Position numbers and translations under genes: made by a program. DNA of 64,000 nt from positions 79,424,001 to 79,488,000 of the forward strand of contig NC_045697.1 in the NCBI RefSeq assembly GCF_009834535.1. The letters run 5' to 3'. Below the pieces are notes generated by a model, which was not told where the DNA came from, did not search any database, and saw only the letters and a program-made list of their open reading frames with translations. Positions 1 through 12,790 of the stretch are shown here, one piece after another; within the stretch, counting starts at the first letter, position 1; every line of letters begins with the position of its first letter. This DNA is from Camelus ferus (taxonomy: Eukaryota).

Positions 1-774
1 TAAGTATATCCTCAAAGAGTACCCTAATTTTAAGTTTTGTTAAGTTCCTTCTATTACTAGTGTCCATGAAGAGATTGTTTCAGAGTTGTAGCAAGAAAAT
101 TATTACAAAAATACAAATGTACTCCTATATTAATGCTAAAAAGATTTAAATTTTTTTTGCAGAAGACTGTAAGAGCTTTTTCATTACTGTGAGACTATAA
201 AATACTTTGTTTTAAAAATAAATTTATTTTAAATGGCAACTCATCCTAGAGGGAAAAACAGTGACAGTATTAATTTGCGTTTATACCTTGTGACAACTAT
301 CCTTGAAAAAGTTTAAACCATATTTTTTTAAGTGATAAAAAAAAACATTAAAATGTGATCATTTGTAAGCTAAATTATGCAGCTGCTGAGTGTTTATTAT
401 TTTATATATTTGATCTTGTTACATAAGGGTGAAAATGGTTGAGTCACCACAATAGATTTTGTTTGTTTTGTGCTGTTTTAGACAACAGAGACTGCAGATG
501 TAGCTGTAATTGTCGATGTCGATTCTTCCATTAGGTAACACTTGCAAGTTTGCAAAATTAGTTTTATGACAAAAGATTTGTTATTTAACCAAATCCAACT
601 GACAACAAAGGACATTTATACAAGACAGCAGGCTCATCTAAATATATATAAGAGGGTAACTAATTACAAATAAGTTTGAAAACTGGCAATATAAAATACA
701 AATAAAAAATTACATGCCATAACTATATAAATAAGTACAATTTCTGCCTACTTTACATTTTAAAGGTAACTTAC

Positions 775-825
775 CTGCAAAGACTGAAGTGATTCACTCG
801 GTTCAACTTCATTTTCTTTTATCAT
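775..825 (-). CDS. ZGRF1: ZGRF1 coding exon (exon 8), MIKENEVEPSESLQSLQ; gene continues beyond the left edge of the window
   Basis: CTAAG| acceptor and CAG|GTAAGT donor on the minus strand; 51 nt, phase 0/0, in frame with the previous exon; resembles recalled human ILKEDEVELSEPLQSVQ. Confidence 0.85.
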
Positions 826-1854
826 CTTAGGAATAGAATGGTAATATAAGATAAGCCAAAAGGTAATAGTAAGTTAGAAAATAAAATATAAATTTCTATT
901 AGACATAAGAAATATAACACCATTAATAATAATCAAAACAATAAAAACTAAGTGTTGATTAAACACTATTTTTACTTAGCAAGAATTTTAAAAGATCTTA
1001 GTACTAGTGACTATGAAGTGAAACAAATATTCATACGTAAAACAGTAAGATATTTCGATTTGAGTTGTATCAAGAATCTAAGAAACTTGTTCTTGGCCTT
1101 TCAAGTTGTCAGTTGGAAATACTCTGAATGCCCAAGATAGGGAAGTGTTTGTCCAAAGCGTAGGATATCCACAGGATGGAATGATAAGTAACTTTTTAAA
1201 GGTATGTTTAAGAGTTTTTAATAATGTGAGAAAATACAGTGGTGCTAAGAAGAAAGGACATAAAACTATCTGTACCCATCAATCGAATCCTATCTTTATA
1301 CCAAAAAAAGGCTGGAAATGTTAATAATAATTATCTCTGGGTGGTATGGTAGGTTTTATTTTTTTCTTTACTTTTTTCTATATTTAAAAAAGGAGGAGAA
1401 AATTTATATTATTAAAAAAAAAAATGACCAGTACCATGGAAAATAAGAGCATGATACAAACTGGGGGTAAACAAAACAATGAAAGAATTGTCCCTCCCAA
1501 AGTCCTAAAAGCATCTTTATTGAGTGAGAAACGCTAACCTAGATAATCTGTTCTAGAATTCCAATTCATCATAATTAGTACTATTACTTTCTATATTATT
1601 TCCATGGTTCTCAAACTGGTGTAACGAGGTACTTTTGGGTGCCACAGTGAACTCAATGGGGATTCCACAAGATATTTTAAATTTGAGGGAAATACAGTTT
1701 CATTAGACATCTGTCAGAAAATGAACAAACTACTAACTCAAGGTAGCTCAGTTTCAACAGTGGATCTCGTGTACTTCTTCTAGTGACATCACATCCTTGT
1801 GAAGCTGGGTTTTAGGAAACTGCTATGATAAAAATCAATTACCATGCAAAAATC

Positions 1855-2011
1855 GGGGGGTGAGGGTTATAGCTCAGTGGTAGAGTGCACGCTTAACATA
1901 CACGAGGTCCCTGGTTCAATCCCCGGTACCTCCATTAAAAATAAACAAATAAACATAATTACCTCCTCCCAAAAAATGATAAAAAAAAAAAAAAAAGGAA
2001 GAAAAAAGAAA
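1855..2011 (+). mobile_element. tRNA-derived SINE (camelid vic-1 type)
   Basis: tRNA-like head with A box TAGCTCAGTGG and B box GGTTCAATCCC, AAACATAATTACCTCC tail, poly(A), AAAAATC direct repeat on both flanks. Confidence 0.88.
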
Positions 2012-2125
2012 AAAAATCAATGTGGACCAGGAAACTGAATCTATTTTCCAAGTTTTGAGAAGTTGCACAGTGCCCAACAAGTGCACAGATTCCATTACTG
2101 TGTTTATTCAAAAATAAAATGCTTA

Positions 2126-2223
2126 TGGTAATCGTTTCACAATTTATGCATATATCAAATCATTATGTTGTACATCTTAAACTAATACAATGCTATATCA
2201 CAATAAAACTGAAAAAAAAAAAA
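2126..2223 (+). mobile_element. L1 extreme 3' end
   Basis: ATCAAATCATTATGTTGTACA...AATAAA followed by poly(A). Confidence 0.65.
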
Positions 2224-2453
2224 ACTTACCAAGTTACTAGGACATGATACTTAAGTTTCTAATTCTACTAATTAAATAAATGGAACTGTGAGATTTCTTT
2301 TGGCCAAGGAATGCAATAAAAAAAAATTACTGAAATACAGGGCAGGTCATGAACCAAGATAGCTTCAGACCCTCTGTATTTCTATAATCTCATCACAAAC
2401 TACAGAACATTCTATATCAAAATAAAAAATGTATTGACAGAAAAAAAATGTAC

Positions 2454-2527
2454 CTGTTGAGGATCCTGGTTCAGATAAGGAGACTTTGGTATAGCTTGTG
2501 ACACTACTGTAGTCAATGGTTTCCTAG
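2454..2527 (-). CDS. ZGRF1: ZGRF1 coding exon (exon 7), (A)RKPLTTVVSQAIPKSPYLNQDPQQ
   Basis: TAG| acceptor and CAG|GTACAT donor; 74 nt completes the phase-1 codon left by the large exon and restores phase 0. Confidence 0.85.
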
Positions 2528-3540
2528 CTATAATGGACAAAATCCAATGATCTTATTTATCAAACATACAGCAGTGCTCTAAAAATTTTAACTTATTTCT
2601 AAAATGGAAAGAAACATGGAATATAACTTAAACTATTTTCTAAGTACAGTATGCCAAGGACTGGGAAAACAGCAGTGAACAAAACAAACAAGATCCCTTG
2701 AAGAGAGAGACACAGAAGATAAACAAATCCAGATTGTGATACAACAGGATTTCATAACACAGGGTGATACAACGGAAAGTAACTTTAGGATGATCCGGAG
2801 AGACCGCTCATAGGAAGTTAACATTTATGCTGAGACCTGAAGACATGAGAAAAACAGCTATATGAGGGGTAAAAGTGTTAGGTGTTCAGGAGAAAAGCAG
2901 AACAAGTCTAAAGACTGAGACAAAAAAGCTGGCAAGCCTGCAGAGTGGAAAGGACAAGGTGGCTAGACCACATACCACCTTATCAGGTATCCATTTAAAA
3001 GGAGAGTTTTTTTCTTAATAGAAATTCAATTCAATAATTTCTTCTAAAGTCACCAGTAAGACTATAATTTTAAAGTGGTTATTACTCTTTAAAAAACAGC
3101 TATATTTTTAGACATTTAGCTATATCTAAAAACATTTTTTCCAGTTGTTATTTTTAGTTTCATTATTTTCTTGTAAAAACCCAGAATAAATTAAATACAA
3201 CAACAAAAAAAGTGGATTTTGGAACTTGAGGTTATTTAGAAAAAGGGCTTTAAAAAGGCACTGGATGAAAATTGTGTTTTCCTTTACTGCTTCCACTCAA
3301 GAATAAAATTCTAAATTAACATTTCTAAAATATATTTAATCATCTCACAAAAACTTCTACTTGAGAAAAAATTTTTTAAAACACTTTCACGTATCCTAAA
3401 TGGTGGTAAAACTAATTTTCCTATAATTCTGTATTAAGCTCCATGAAGTTATTTGTTATATTCCAATAAAAAATTCCATTTTCTCAAACTGTCTCGAGAA
3501 AACCAATTTAATCATTTTTAGAGAAATATATCAGAAAACA

Positions 3541-4310
3541 GAGTCAATCCTCCTTATTCACAGATTCCGCCTACTTGCTAAAATTTACTTGTAACCCCCA
3601 AATCAATACTCAGTGTTTCTGAGGTCATTTGCAGACATGCAGAGCTACAAAAAAAATGAGTTGCTCGATGTGCGCATTCCCAGCTGAGGTAGAACAAGGC
3701 AACATTCTGCCTTCTAATTTCAGCTCTTACACTATAAACAAGTGTCCTTTTTATGGTCTATTTTGTACATTTTTCACATTTTGGGGCTTTTTGTTGGTGA
3801 CTTTGCTATCTAAAATGTTCCCTAAGCATAGTGCTGCCTAGTGTTTCTAAGTGCAAGAAGGCTGTGATGTTTCCTGTGCAGAAAACATGTGATAAGTTTC
3901 ATTTAGGCATGAGTTATAGTGTTGTTGGTCACGAGTTCAAAGTTAATCAACAATATAGAGGGAAGGGTATAGCTCAAGTGGTAGAGCGCATACTTAGCAT
4001 GCATGAGGTCCTGGGTTCAACTCCCAGTAAATCCTCCAAATATAAATAAATACATAAACAAACAAGCAAACCTAATTACCTCCTTGTCATTAAAAAAAGA
4101 AGAAGAAGAAAACAATATATATTAAATAAGGTGTCTTTAAATGGAAACACATAAAACAAGGTTTGGCATTGATAATTGACAAAAATGTTCTAACCAGAGA
4201 TTTGAAGGAAACTAACCCTGCATTTCTCCTAAAAGCAATGGCTCATTGTTCACTAATTCCGTTTGGTGACTTTATAGAACATAACCACCACAAATAATGA
4301 GAATCAACTG
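3541..4310. mobile_element. TcMar-Tigger DNA transposon (MER82-like), split by a SINE
   Basis: Terminal inverted repeats GAGTCAATCCTCCTTATT and AATAATGAGAATCAACTG followed by TA; degenerate transposase N-terminus (KCKKAVMF...GMSYSVVGHEF). Confidence 0.75.
3958..4110 (+). mobile_element. vic-1-type SINE inserted in the Tigger element
   Basis: Same head and tail as the other copies; AACAATATA target-site duplication. Confidence 0.88.
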
Positions 4311-4739
4311 TAATCCCCTTTTCCAACTTAATGAGAAAAGAGTAAATTTCCCAAAACTAAATTCTATAATTTCTAAATCTTCGTATTAGGAATTCATATC
4401 CTTATATGACATTTCATTACCACATCTACCCACATATATTTTTCAAAAGTTTCTTATTTTTAGCTTTTTAGAAAATAAACTAACAATCATCATCAAATCT
4501 AACTACATTTTAAAGAAACATTTTGCTAGGTATAATAATTTACTCCTATTTTTCCTCAGGGATTCCTTGAGATATTCAAATAAGAGTTCAATTTTAACCT
4601 TTGAGTATCATAAAGTAACTTGTTCATTCAGATTCATATATACATCATATTTACTAAAATGTTCTATAATACTATCTTTCTTTAAAAAATGCTGTTGGCA
4701 ACATACTATAAGCCAAGTCAAAATACCAATCAATGACAT

Positions 4740-5460
4740 ACTGAAAGAAAATATCTGCAACAGGTACTATAGAAAAAGGGTTGATATCTCTAACCTATAA
4801 AGAACCCTTACAAATCAAAGAGAACAAAAAGATCAACAACCATTAAAACACTGGACAAAAGGGTAGAGCAGACAGTTCACAAAAAAGAACCAATGATGCT
4901 GAAGCATATGAAAAGCTCAATTTCACTTGTAGTAATAGAAATACAAACTTAAAATACACTCTCATTTCTCACCTATTAGATTGGTAAAAATTCAAAAGCT
5001 TGGCAACACACTTGATTGGCAATGCTATAAAGAAACAGGCATTCTCGCATGTTACTGCTGAGAGTGAGAAATGGTATGATTCCTTCGAGGGAATTTTGAA
5101 GTATCTAACAAAGACATACATTTATCTAACAACCCTACTGCTAGGAATTTGCCCTGAAGACACACCTCCAACAACATGCAAAAAGCCCATATAGTTACAT
5201 AAATACAGATATATAAGGTTACTTTTGTGACATTTGCAATAGCAAAATATTGGAGACTCGTTGCATAAATGATGGTTCATCGACACAATAAAATTATATG
5301 GCTAAAAACAAACAAAATGAAGGTAAGTCATATGAATTGATATGAAGTGATTTCCAGGATATATTAGGCAAAAAGAAGCACGGTGCTAAAGAATATATAG
5401 AATATGATAACTTACGTTGAATGAGGAGAAAGAATTTATATATGGAGCTGCTTATTTTTT
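4740..5460 (+). mobile_element. Old L1 (L1ME-like) 3' fragment
   Basis: Degenerate L1 ORF2-end and 3' UTR motifs (AGACAGTTCACAAAAAAAGAA, CTACTGCTAGGAATTTGCCCT). Confidence 0.6.
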
Positions 5461-6439
5461 AGAAAACCATCCCCTGCAAATCACAGGTATGATATATTGG
5501 TTGCCTACAGCAGGTTGGCAGTGATAGGATAAAAGACATAAGGAAGGAATCCGAGAAAAACAAATCGACAAGGGTGGCAAAAAATCCCTCATGGAATATA
5601 AACTAAACAACGAACTTAACTATGTTTATATAAAATGGTAACATAATCATACCAAGAGATAAAAGGTAACTCAGTAACTTTGGAACATAATAATCCAACT
5701 CTGTAGTCTCAGGGCATACTCTTAAAAACAAACCCCCTCCCCCTGCAAAAAAAAAAAAAAAAACCAAAGCAAAAAAAAAAAAAATTCCAAAAATGAAAAA
5801 CAAAAACAAAACCCAAAACAAAGAAAAACAAAACTCCAAGGAAATTTGGTTTTTGCTACTAGTGATAATGGTTTAACAACCTGGAAACCATTTGGTGTGC
5901 ACTGTAGAACTGAGGTAGTAAATACACTGATGTTGGGCCCCAGGGCTCTTTCCACTGTAAGACTAAAGAAACACAATTAATGGAATGAAGGAAAGAGGAA
6001 CCCTGCGGTTAAGAATTGACATGAGAGATACCAGTATGAAATTATGATTTTTTTCTTAAAAAAGTTATCTCCTGGCACATGTACAAAAATGTATCATATC
6101 ATGAATTATCACACACACACACACACACACAACCACATACATACATATATATATATATTCACTTATATGTGCCTATATACATACGCACAACATATTTTGG
6201 AAGGATACCCTGGAGGCAGAGCGTGGCTAATTATGAGTAGACTAAAGAACTGTGGTAGGAAGGAGACTTACTTTTCACTACAGTATCCTCTATTAGAATT
6301 GGTTTTACCAAGTATATGTATTGCCTATTTAAATATTAAATACTATGTAATTCTTCAATGTAGCCTCCAGACCAAGTATCTATCTTCTTATCCTCTGAAC
6401 TATAAAGAGAACAATCCGAAACAGACATGCCATTTTAAC

Positions 6440-8672
6440 CTTCAGGATTGCTACCTGGCTCATATGTCTGCTGGGTTCCTTGTTGTTTAAAGGAGTTATT
6501 TTTCCTTTTCAGTATTTCCAAGCCTTCTAAAGCCGTACTGTGTTCAGACAATGATTTTAATAGGAAAATGTTATTTACTAATCCAGAAAGTTCTGAAGAA
6601 TTTCTAGGATTATTCCCATATTGTTTGCCTTCTCCAACAGTTCCCACTTCAGTAGCATCCTGCTGTAAACATCTACTCCTTCCCAAATCTTCAGATTCAG
6701 GAACATGTGCTTCTGTGTCTTTGGAAATAGGATGCTTTTTCCCCAGAGGATAAAACGAAGAATTGGAAACGTGACTATGTGATTTACCAAGTGCAATACA
6801 TTCTTCAGAGTGATTCTGATTCGCATTTAATAGTCGGATACTGTTGTCACTGCTAGAGGTTAATGGTAAAACCTGTTCAGTATTTTTGTCTAAGTCACTT
6901 CCCACAAAAAAAGGCTGAGGCTGAGCCTTTTCTGAAAACAGGCTGTTTTCAGGATTCTGATTACTGGATATGTTTAAAAACTGAGGACTATGTAAATCTG
7001 TGTTTATACCTATAGATTTATTTGGGTGTGAAGCAAAATCATAGTTAACTCTGACTTTTTGGATAGATTCACTAGTGTCTTCATTATTACCTATGCATAC
7101 ATCATCAGTCCACTCGAAAGATGAGTCAAAATTGCTTAATGTGTCATTACACTCCTCTTTTATTTCTTTTCCAGTGTTTCCAGCTTTCCAAGGTCCCATG
7201 TCAAAGCCTACACAAGTTTTATCACAAAACTGTGATGGTAGAATCTCTTTCATAGGAAATGTCTCTGAAAGTTTGCCCCCAATAGGCACTGAGAGAGGCA
7301 AGTGTTCACTGTCAACTTTGTTACCGCTTACATTCTCACATCTTGAAATGCTGTCATGAACCAAAGTTTCCTTTACCCAACCCTCTGAATCCTGGGAGAT
7401 TTTATTGCTTTCCTGTGACTCCTCCTCAGTGTCACTGGTTTCAAAATTGTTCAGATTAAAAGTTACCTCCACAAGTGGTTGTGCTACATTATTCACAGGT
7501 TCATGAATACTACTAAGGTTTTCATTATCAGTATTACTTTTAGAAAACGTATCAGTAATGTCATCAGAGATCCCAGAATTGTTACTAGATTCAATTTGTA
7601 GATGTTTATATGCCCTTTCTGGTGTTCCATGTATATTTATCTCCTGAGCCTTTTCTCTGAGAATTGATTCTTTTATATCCATCTGGTACTTGTGATTAAC
7701 AGGCATTTTATTATTTTCTGGAACGTCAGATTCTGATAATAAGCCATCATTTTCTACATTGCTACAGGTAACTGGTAAATTGCAGCTTTCACAGAATGAA
7801 GGAGTTTCTAATTTTACTTCTTGATCCCAGGGTTGATCATTATCATCTACTGGCTTGTCTTCATTATACTTTTTTCCCTTTTCAGCACTTGTTTCAAAGA
7901 ACTGTATCCTTTTTTGCACAAAAAGGTCTTTCGAATTTAAATTTATATTACCTCCCTGGGCCTCCGGGTTTTTTTCTGTATCATTCCCTTCTACTGAAGA
8001 AGAATGCATAGTTGAACTCTGTGAAGATAAATATATGGCCCACCGGCTTTTATTTCTCATGGCATTTTCTGATTGATAGTGGTGGTATAAACTTTCTGTG
8101 CTTTTCACCTCAGCATCCTCTTCCTGTTCAATTAAGCACTCTGACTTAGTAGGAATTTTTAAACTTCCTTGTGGTTTTATCTGAGGGAAATGTCTTGTAA
8201 TCTCAGAATTTAGTTCCTTAGACGTACTAATTGGCTTGGACTTCAACAGAGCTAATATCTGGGCTTTGCTTCTAATGTTTTGTGAAACTCCTGAATAGTG
8301 AGATACCAAACTCTCTCTTTTCATGGGCTCGTTGGTCAGTAAAGAATCTGAATGCTTATTTACAGAACTGACAGGAGAACAAAGATAATTTTCTTCACAT
8401 AGCATTTCTCGGTTAATCTCAAAGGATGGTGTAGAGACAACAGAAGAAAAAGGTATGCCATTTCTTTCTCTGTTCTTATAAGAGACAATGTTCCCATGGT
8501 CTGTTGTCATATTATTTATATCTTCCTTGCCAACAGTAGAAAACAAAGGAGGTGTACTGTAGAATGGAGAAAGAAAAATAGGGCCAGGTTTCTTAGCCTC
8601 AAGTAAAGCAGCTGATTCACCATTTTCTGAAATAACCATTTTCTTTGGCACTTGATGTGGTCCTTGAAAACC
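6440..8672 (-). CDS. ZGRF1: ZGRF1 large coding exon (exon 6, 2233 nt), GFQGPHQVPKKMVISENG...PGSNPE
   Basis: 738-aa ORF in the track; TTTTTAG|GGT acceptor at 8673-8674; GAAG|GTTAAA donor at 6439; contains IRSKAQILALLKS, which I recall from ZGRF1. Confidence 0.93.
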
Positions 8673-8974
8673 CTAAAAATATTAAACAGTTATTAGCTAT
8701 TTCATAAACTACAAAGAAAATGTGAAAAGAACTAAATAAAAAAGTGTACGTTTCACAAGGTAAAGTAATAATTAAAATATAAAATTTACTAAGTTAAAAT
8801 GCAAACACTCATCTGTATTAAGATTATTCTAATTAGGTTTTTCTTCCTTTCTAGCTAACCATATACTACAAAATACTGTTTTAATAACACAACACAGAAC
8901 CTTCAAAATTCACTACTTCTTTAAACAATTTTGTAAACATACATTGATTTATTATTTTCAACAGAGAAACTTAC

Positions 8975-9160
8975 AGTAAACTTCCTTTTCAAACCAGAAG
9001 GCTGACATCCAAGGGACTGGCCAGAAGATAAAAACCTCTTTGAATTTACCGCTGGTGCTTCTTTACTAACATCCTGTTTAATATCTATGCTTCCAGCAAC
9101 TTTAACCTCTTCGACTGTGATTAAGTAACGATCACTTTCTAAATCATCTCCAGGTTTCAC
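8975..9160 (-). CDS. ZGRF1: ZGRF1 coding exon (exon 5), VKPGDDLESDRYLITVEEVKVAG...GLKRKFT
   Basis: TTTAG|GTG acceptor, ACT|GTAAGT donor, 186 nt; end of the N-terminal DUF2439-type domain. Confidence 0.95.
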
Positions 9161-10571
9161 CTAAATTTTAAAGAATAAATGTCAGAATCATATACATCTA
9201 ATTATCTGATTATCTATGTGTTCTAATAAGCTACTGGCACAAGCAAGGACATAATGGATATTCAATAAATAGTTGTTGAATGAATTTTATTACTATGCAC
9301 TAGTTAACTATCAACAAGCACAAAAAAAGTAATACAACAACAAAAAAGTCACTAATTTGTTTATTCATCAATACACATTAGGGATGTATACGAGGACTTT
9401 TGTTATACATGGGGGATACAAAGACAAGCAAGAAAAATATGTCTCCTCTCAAGGACTTCATTTAGAATCCATAAAACTAAATGTAATTTTTAAAAATTAA
9501 AGCTATTAAATAATAAGTTATATATTTTTATAAATTAATGTGAATTGGATACATGCTCATAATTATCACTAAAGTATTATAAATTGTTACTTAAATAATC
9601 ATATCCAAAAAAAGCATTTTTAATCACCTTAAAAAACAAAATATAGTACTTGCCACCTTCCTGACTGTAGCATAAAAATAAGATTATCAATCTAGTTTAC
9701 AACACAAAATCTGTGTATTATCATAGATAAAATACTTAATCTTTACTCATGAATAATTTTAAACAAAATAATAACAGCAGTTGTTACCACTAAATAAGCA
9801 TCAAATAAAATAGCATTTCTCATAGACCCTCTTTCAATAAGTATAAAAATTCCACAACCACTATTCATGTCATATAAAATTTTTAAATAGATTAAGTAAC
9901 ATGGCCAAAATCAACACAATGATAATAGAAATACGCATTTTAATACTTTTAGCATCACCGTACTAAACTGCTAGGCACTTAACATAAGCTATTTATAATT
10001 GTCAGACTAACCCAGTAAAGTCTGGCTAAAGTCTACATTTTACAGTGTGTAAGTTAAATACAGAAAGGTTAGGATAGGTAGGAAGTATGTGAAAGTGGGA
10101 AATGAAACCAGAACAAACAACTCTAATATTCTTATTCTTTATACCTTTAGTTCCCTTTAGTTCCGTTTCCTTCCTTTTCCAACAAAGGAAAATAGGCTAT
10201 TTGAGAAAATATTTTAAATAGGATAATTTCACAAAATATATCCCACTGTAGTTCTCTCCTTATCAAAACCACATAATAGAGTTGGATACTTTCTGGGTTC
10301 AAATCCCAGCCCTACCACTATAACTCTGAACCTGGGCAAGTTACTTAACCTTTTGTACTACACTCCTAGTCTACAAAAATCACAGGGTTTATAAACATTA
10401 AATAAAACAAGATCTAAAAGCTTTTAGCAGAGTCTGGCTAATAATAAATGTTCAATACTTAATAGCTATAATTATTAGTATTAGTACCATTATTACTATA
10501 CTACTTAACAATATTTATAAAGGAAATAAGATTTTTTAACAGTAACTTAAAAGATAGGTACATTAAAATAC

Positions 10572-10631
10572 CTCAGGGCACTTAAGAAATATACTCTCCA
10601 AACACTGTCCTTTGTCATCATATAAAATTGC
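10572..10631 (-). CDS. ZGRF1: ZGRF1 coding exon (exon 4), AILYDDKGQCLESIFLKCPE
   Basis: ACAG|GCA acceptor, GAG|GTATTT donor, 60 nt in frame. Confidence 0.93.
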
Positions 10632-11224
10632 CTGTATTAAGACAAAACAAACGTTAAAAATGTTTTTAAAAAAAGAGACATCTTTTTTTCTTAAACATCT
10701 TCAAAAGCAAATCAGAAAGTGTTATACAAGTAAATCATGTAACGAAAGGATTACCCCCTTTGTTAACTTGGATTAGAAAGTGCATCTATCGCAAATGTTT
10801 ACTAAATATCCATTCAGTGTGTGCAAGAGAGCAAAAGCATACATACAAGAAATTCAAGAACTTAATCCCTACCAGGAGAATCTTGGGATGGGATTGTGGA
10901 GAAAACAGAACTGGAATGAGCTCAAAAACAAAAACAAAAAATCAATACATATGAAATAGTATGAAGAAAAAAGATCATCAGTAAAGAGATAACTGTACCA
11001 GCATGGTATGGAGGATTGAGGAGATACTTAGTGCTTGAAATAAGTCATCAGCACTGGGATATGACAATTGTTTAAGAAGTTTAATGAATAAAACTTGTTG
11101 AATGTGAGGGATATGGGAGAAAATAGAAGCTAAAGTGATTATCATTTTCTGGCTTTCTCCTTGGGTCTCTCTAGCCATTTTTCATAGTGGTTTCTCCACT
11201 AGCCCCTTAAATATTAGTTTCCAT

Positions 11225-11640
11225 CACTTTGAAAAACTGTTGGCAGTTCTTTAAAAGATAAACAGAGTTCCCAAATGATCCAGCAATTCCACCCCTAGGT
11301 ATACATACAGAGAAATGAAAACATGTCTTCCCAAAAACTTGCAAACAAATGTTCGCAGCAGCGTTATTCATAATACCAAAAAGTAAAAGCAACTCAAAAG
11401 TTAATCACCAATGGATAAACAAGATGTGATACATCCATACAATCGAATATTAGTTCAGCAATAAAAAGGGATGAAGTATTGATACATCCTTCAACATGGA
11501 TGAACCTTGAAAACATGCTAAAAAAGTCATTCACTAAAGACCACTTATTCCATAACCCCATCCATATGAAAAGGCCAGAATATGCAAATGTGTAGAGATA
11601 ATAAGTAGACTAATGTTTCCTTAGGGCTGCGGGTTGGGTA
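11225..11640 (+). mobile_element. L1 (L1MB-like) 3' fragment
   Basis: ATGATCCAGCAATTCCACCCCTAGGTATA, ACAACATGGATGAACCTTGAAAACAT-type motifs. Confidence 0.75.
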
Positions 11641-12483
11641 CTGAGTAGTGCTTTAATCAGATTTCTTACCAAGAATCACATTGGACAGTGAATGGATTAA
11701 TTAACATCTGATAAGTGAAGAGCAGGATTCAGGCTAACGTCTATTTGACATTTAACTGCTCTTCTACATTGCTTCCAAATTATCTTAGTTGAATTTTCCC
11801 AGTACATAAGAGAAATATGTGTGTTGAATGATGACTTAATTAAAGATGAATAACCCTGACAGTCAGAATTTGAATACATAGAGAAAAGGCATTACTAGCA
11901 AGAGAAACAGTGTAAGCAATGGCTTGGATTTGGAAACAAAGGTGTTATTTAGGATATGAGATTATTGGCTTCTCTGGATCACACAAAACCTCTGGGACTA
12001 ACTTGTATTTATTTTGTTTTCTTATAACCTACCAGTTGAGGTATATCAATAAATATATGCTAGAGTTGAAGATAAAATTGGATAATACCACTAGCATATG
12101 GTTAATACAGTGATTCTGTATTAGAAGACTTGCAGGACAGGCAGAATCTAATCATATATCTTATTAATATAACACAAAATCTATAAAATTTTAAAGACTT
12201 GGCCTTAACTGAATAGGAACAACATAAAAGAATACAGGATCACATTGGACAGTGAATGGATTAATTAGCTTAAAAGTATCTAGCTTGTTCAACTAAAGTT
12301 GATTAAATATTAAGCAAGGACTCAACTAGAAGTTAAACTAAACTAGGTTTATAAATTGAATAGGATTTATAAGTTGAACTTGAAAGCTTAAGGCAAAACT
12401 AGTTTTCTCCTTTTTTTTTCTATTTAGGCCTTCCACTGATTGGATGAAGCCCACCCACAGTGAGAGCAATCTGCTTTAGTCAT

Positions 12484-12790
12484 TTATTTATTTTATCAAG
12501 GTATATTTTTGATATATATATAATTTCCAGGTGTACAACTCAATGATTTGATATTTGTATGCACTGCAAAATGATCATAAGTCTAGCTACCATCCATCAC
12601 CATCCGTAGTTACAAAAATTCTTTTTCTTGTGATGAGGACTTTAAGATTTACTCTCTGCAATTTTCAAATATATAATACAGTATTATTAACTATAGTTGC
12701 TATATTGTACATTATAGCACCATGACTTGTTTATTTTGGAAGTGGAAGTTTGTACCTTTTGACCTCCTTCACCCATTTTTCCCACCACCC
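12484..12790 (-). mobile_element. L1 (L1MA-like) 3' end, preceded by a short MLT2-like fragment at about 12420-12480
   Basis: Typical antisense L1MA 3' UTR (TTTAAGATTTACTCTC, TATAATACAGTATTATTAACTATAG); GGCCTTCCACTGATTGGATGAAGCCCACCCAC resembles MLT2. Confidence 0.7.

Larger units (their letters stand above)
1602..2377. mobile_element. Old hAT-Charlie-like DNA transposon remnant interrupted by a SINE and an L1 3' end
   Basis: Begins CCATGGTTCTCAAACT, resembling Charlie termini; internal sequence resembles recalled Charlie consensus; family not verified. Confidence 0.4.

Noticed and set aside
1855..1935. tRNA-like sequences here and at nine other sites
   Set aside because: Each continues into the same SINE tail, most have a target-site duplication, and the stems are degenerate; these are SINE heads, not tRNA genes
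6044..8076. Plus-strand ORFs of 71-148 aa overlapping the ZGRF1 large exon
   Set aside because: Antisense shadows or read-through of the (CA)n/(TA)n microsatellite; no recognisable domain
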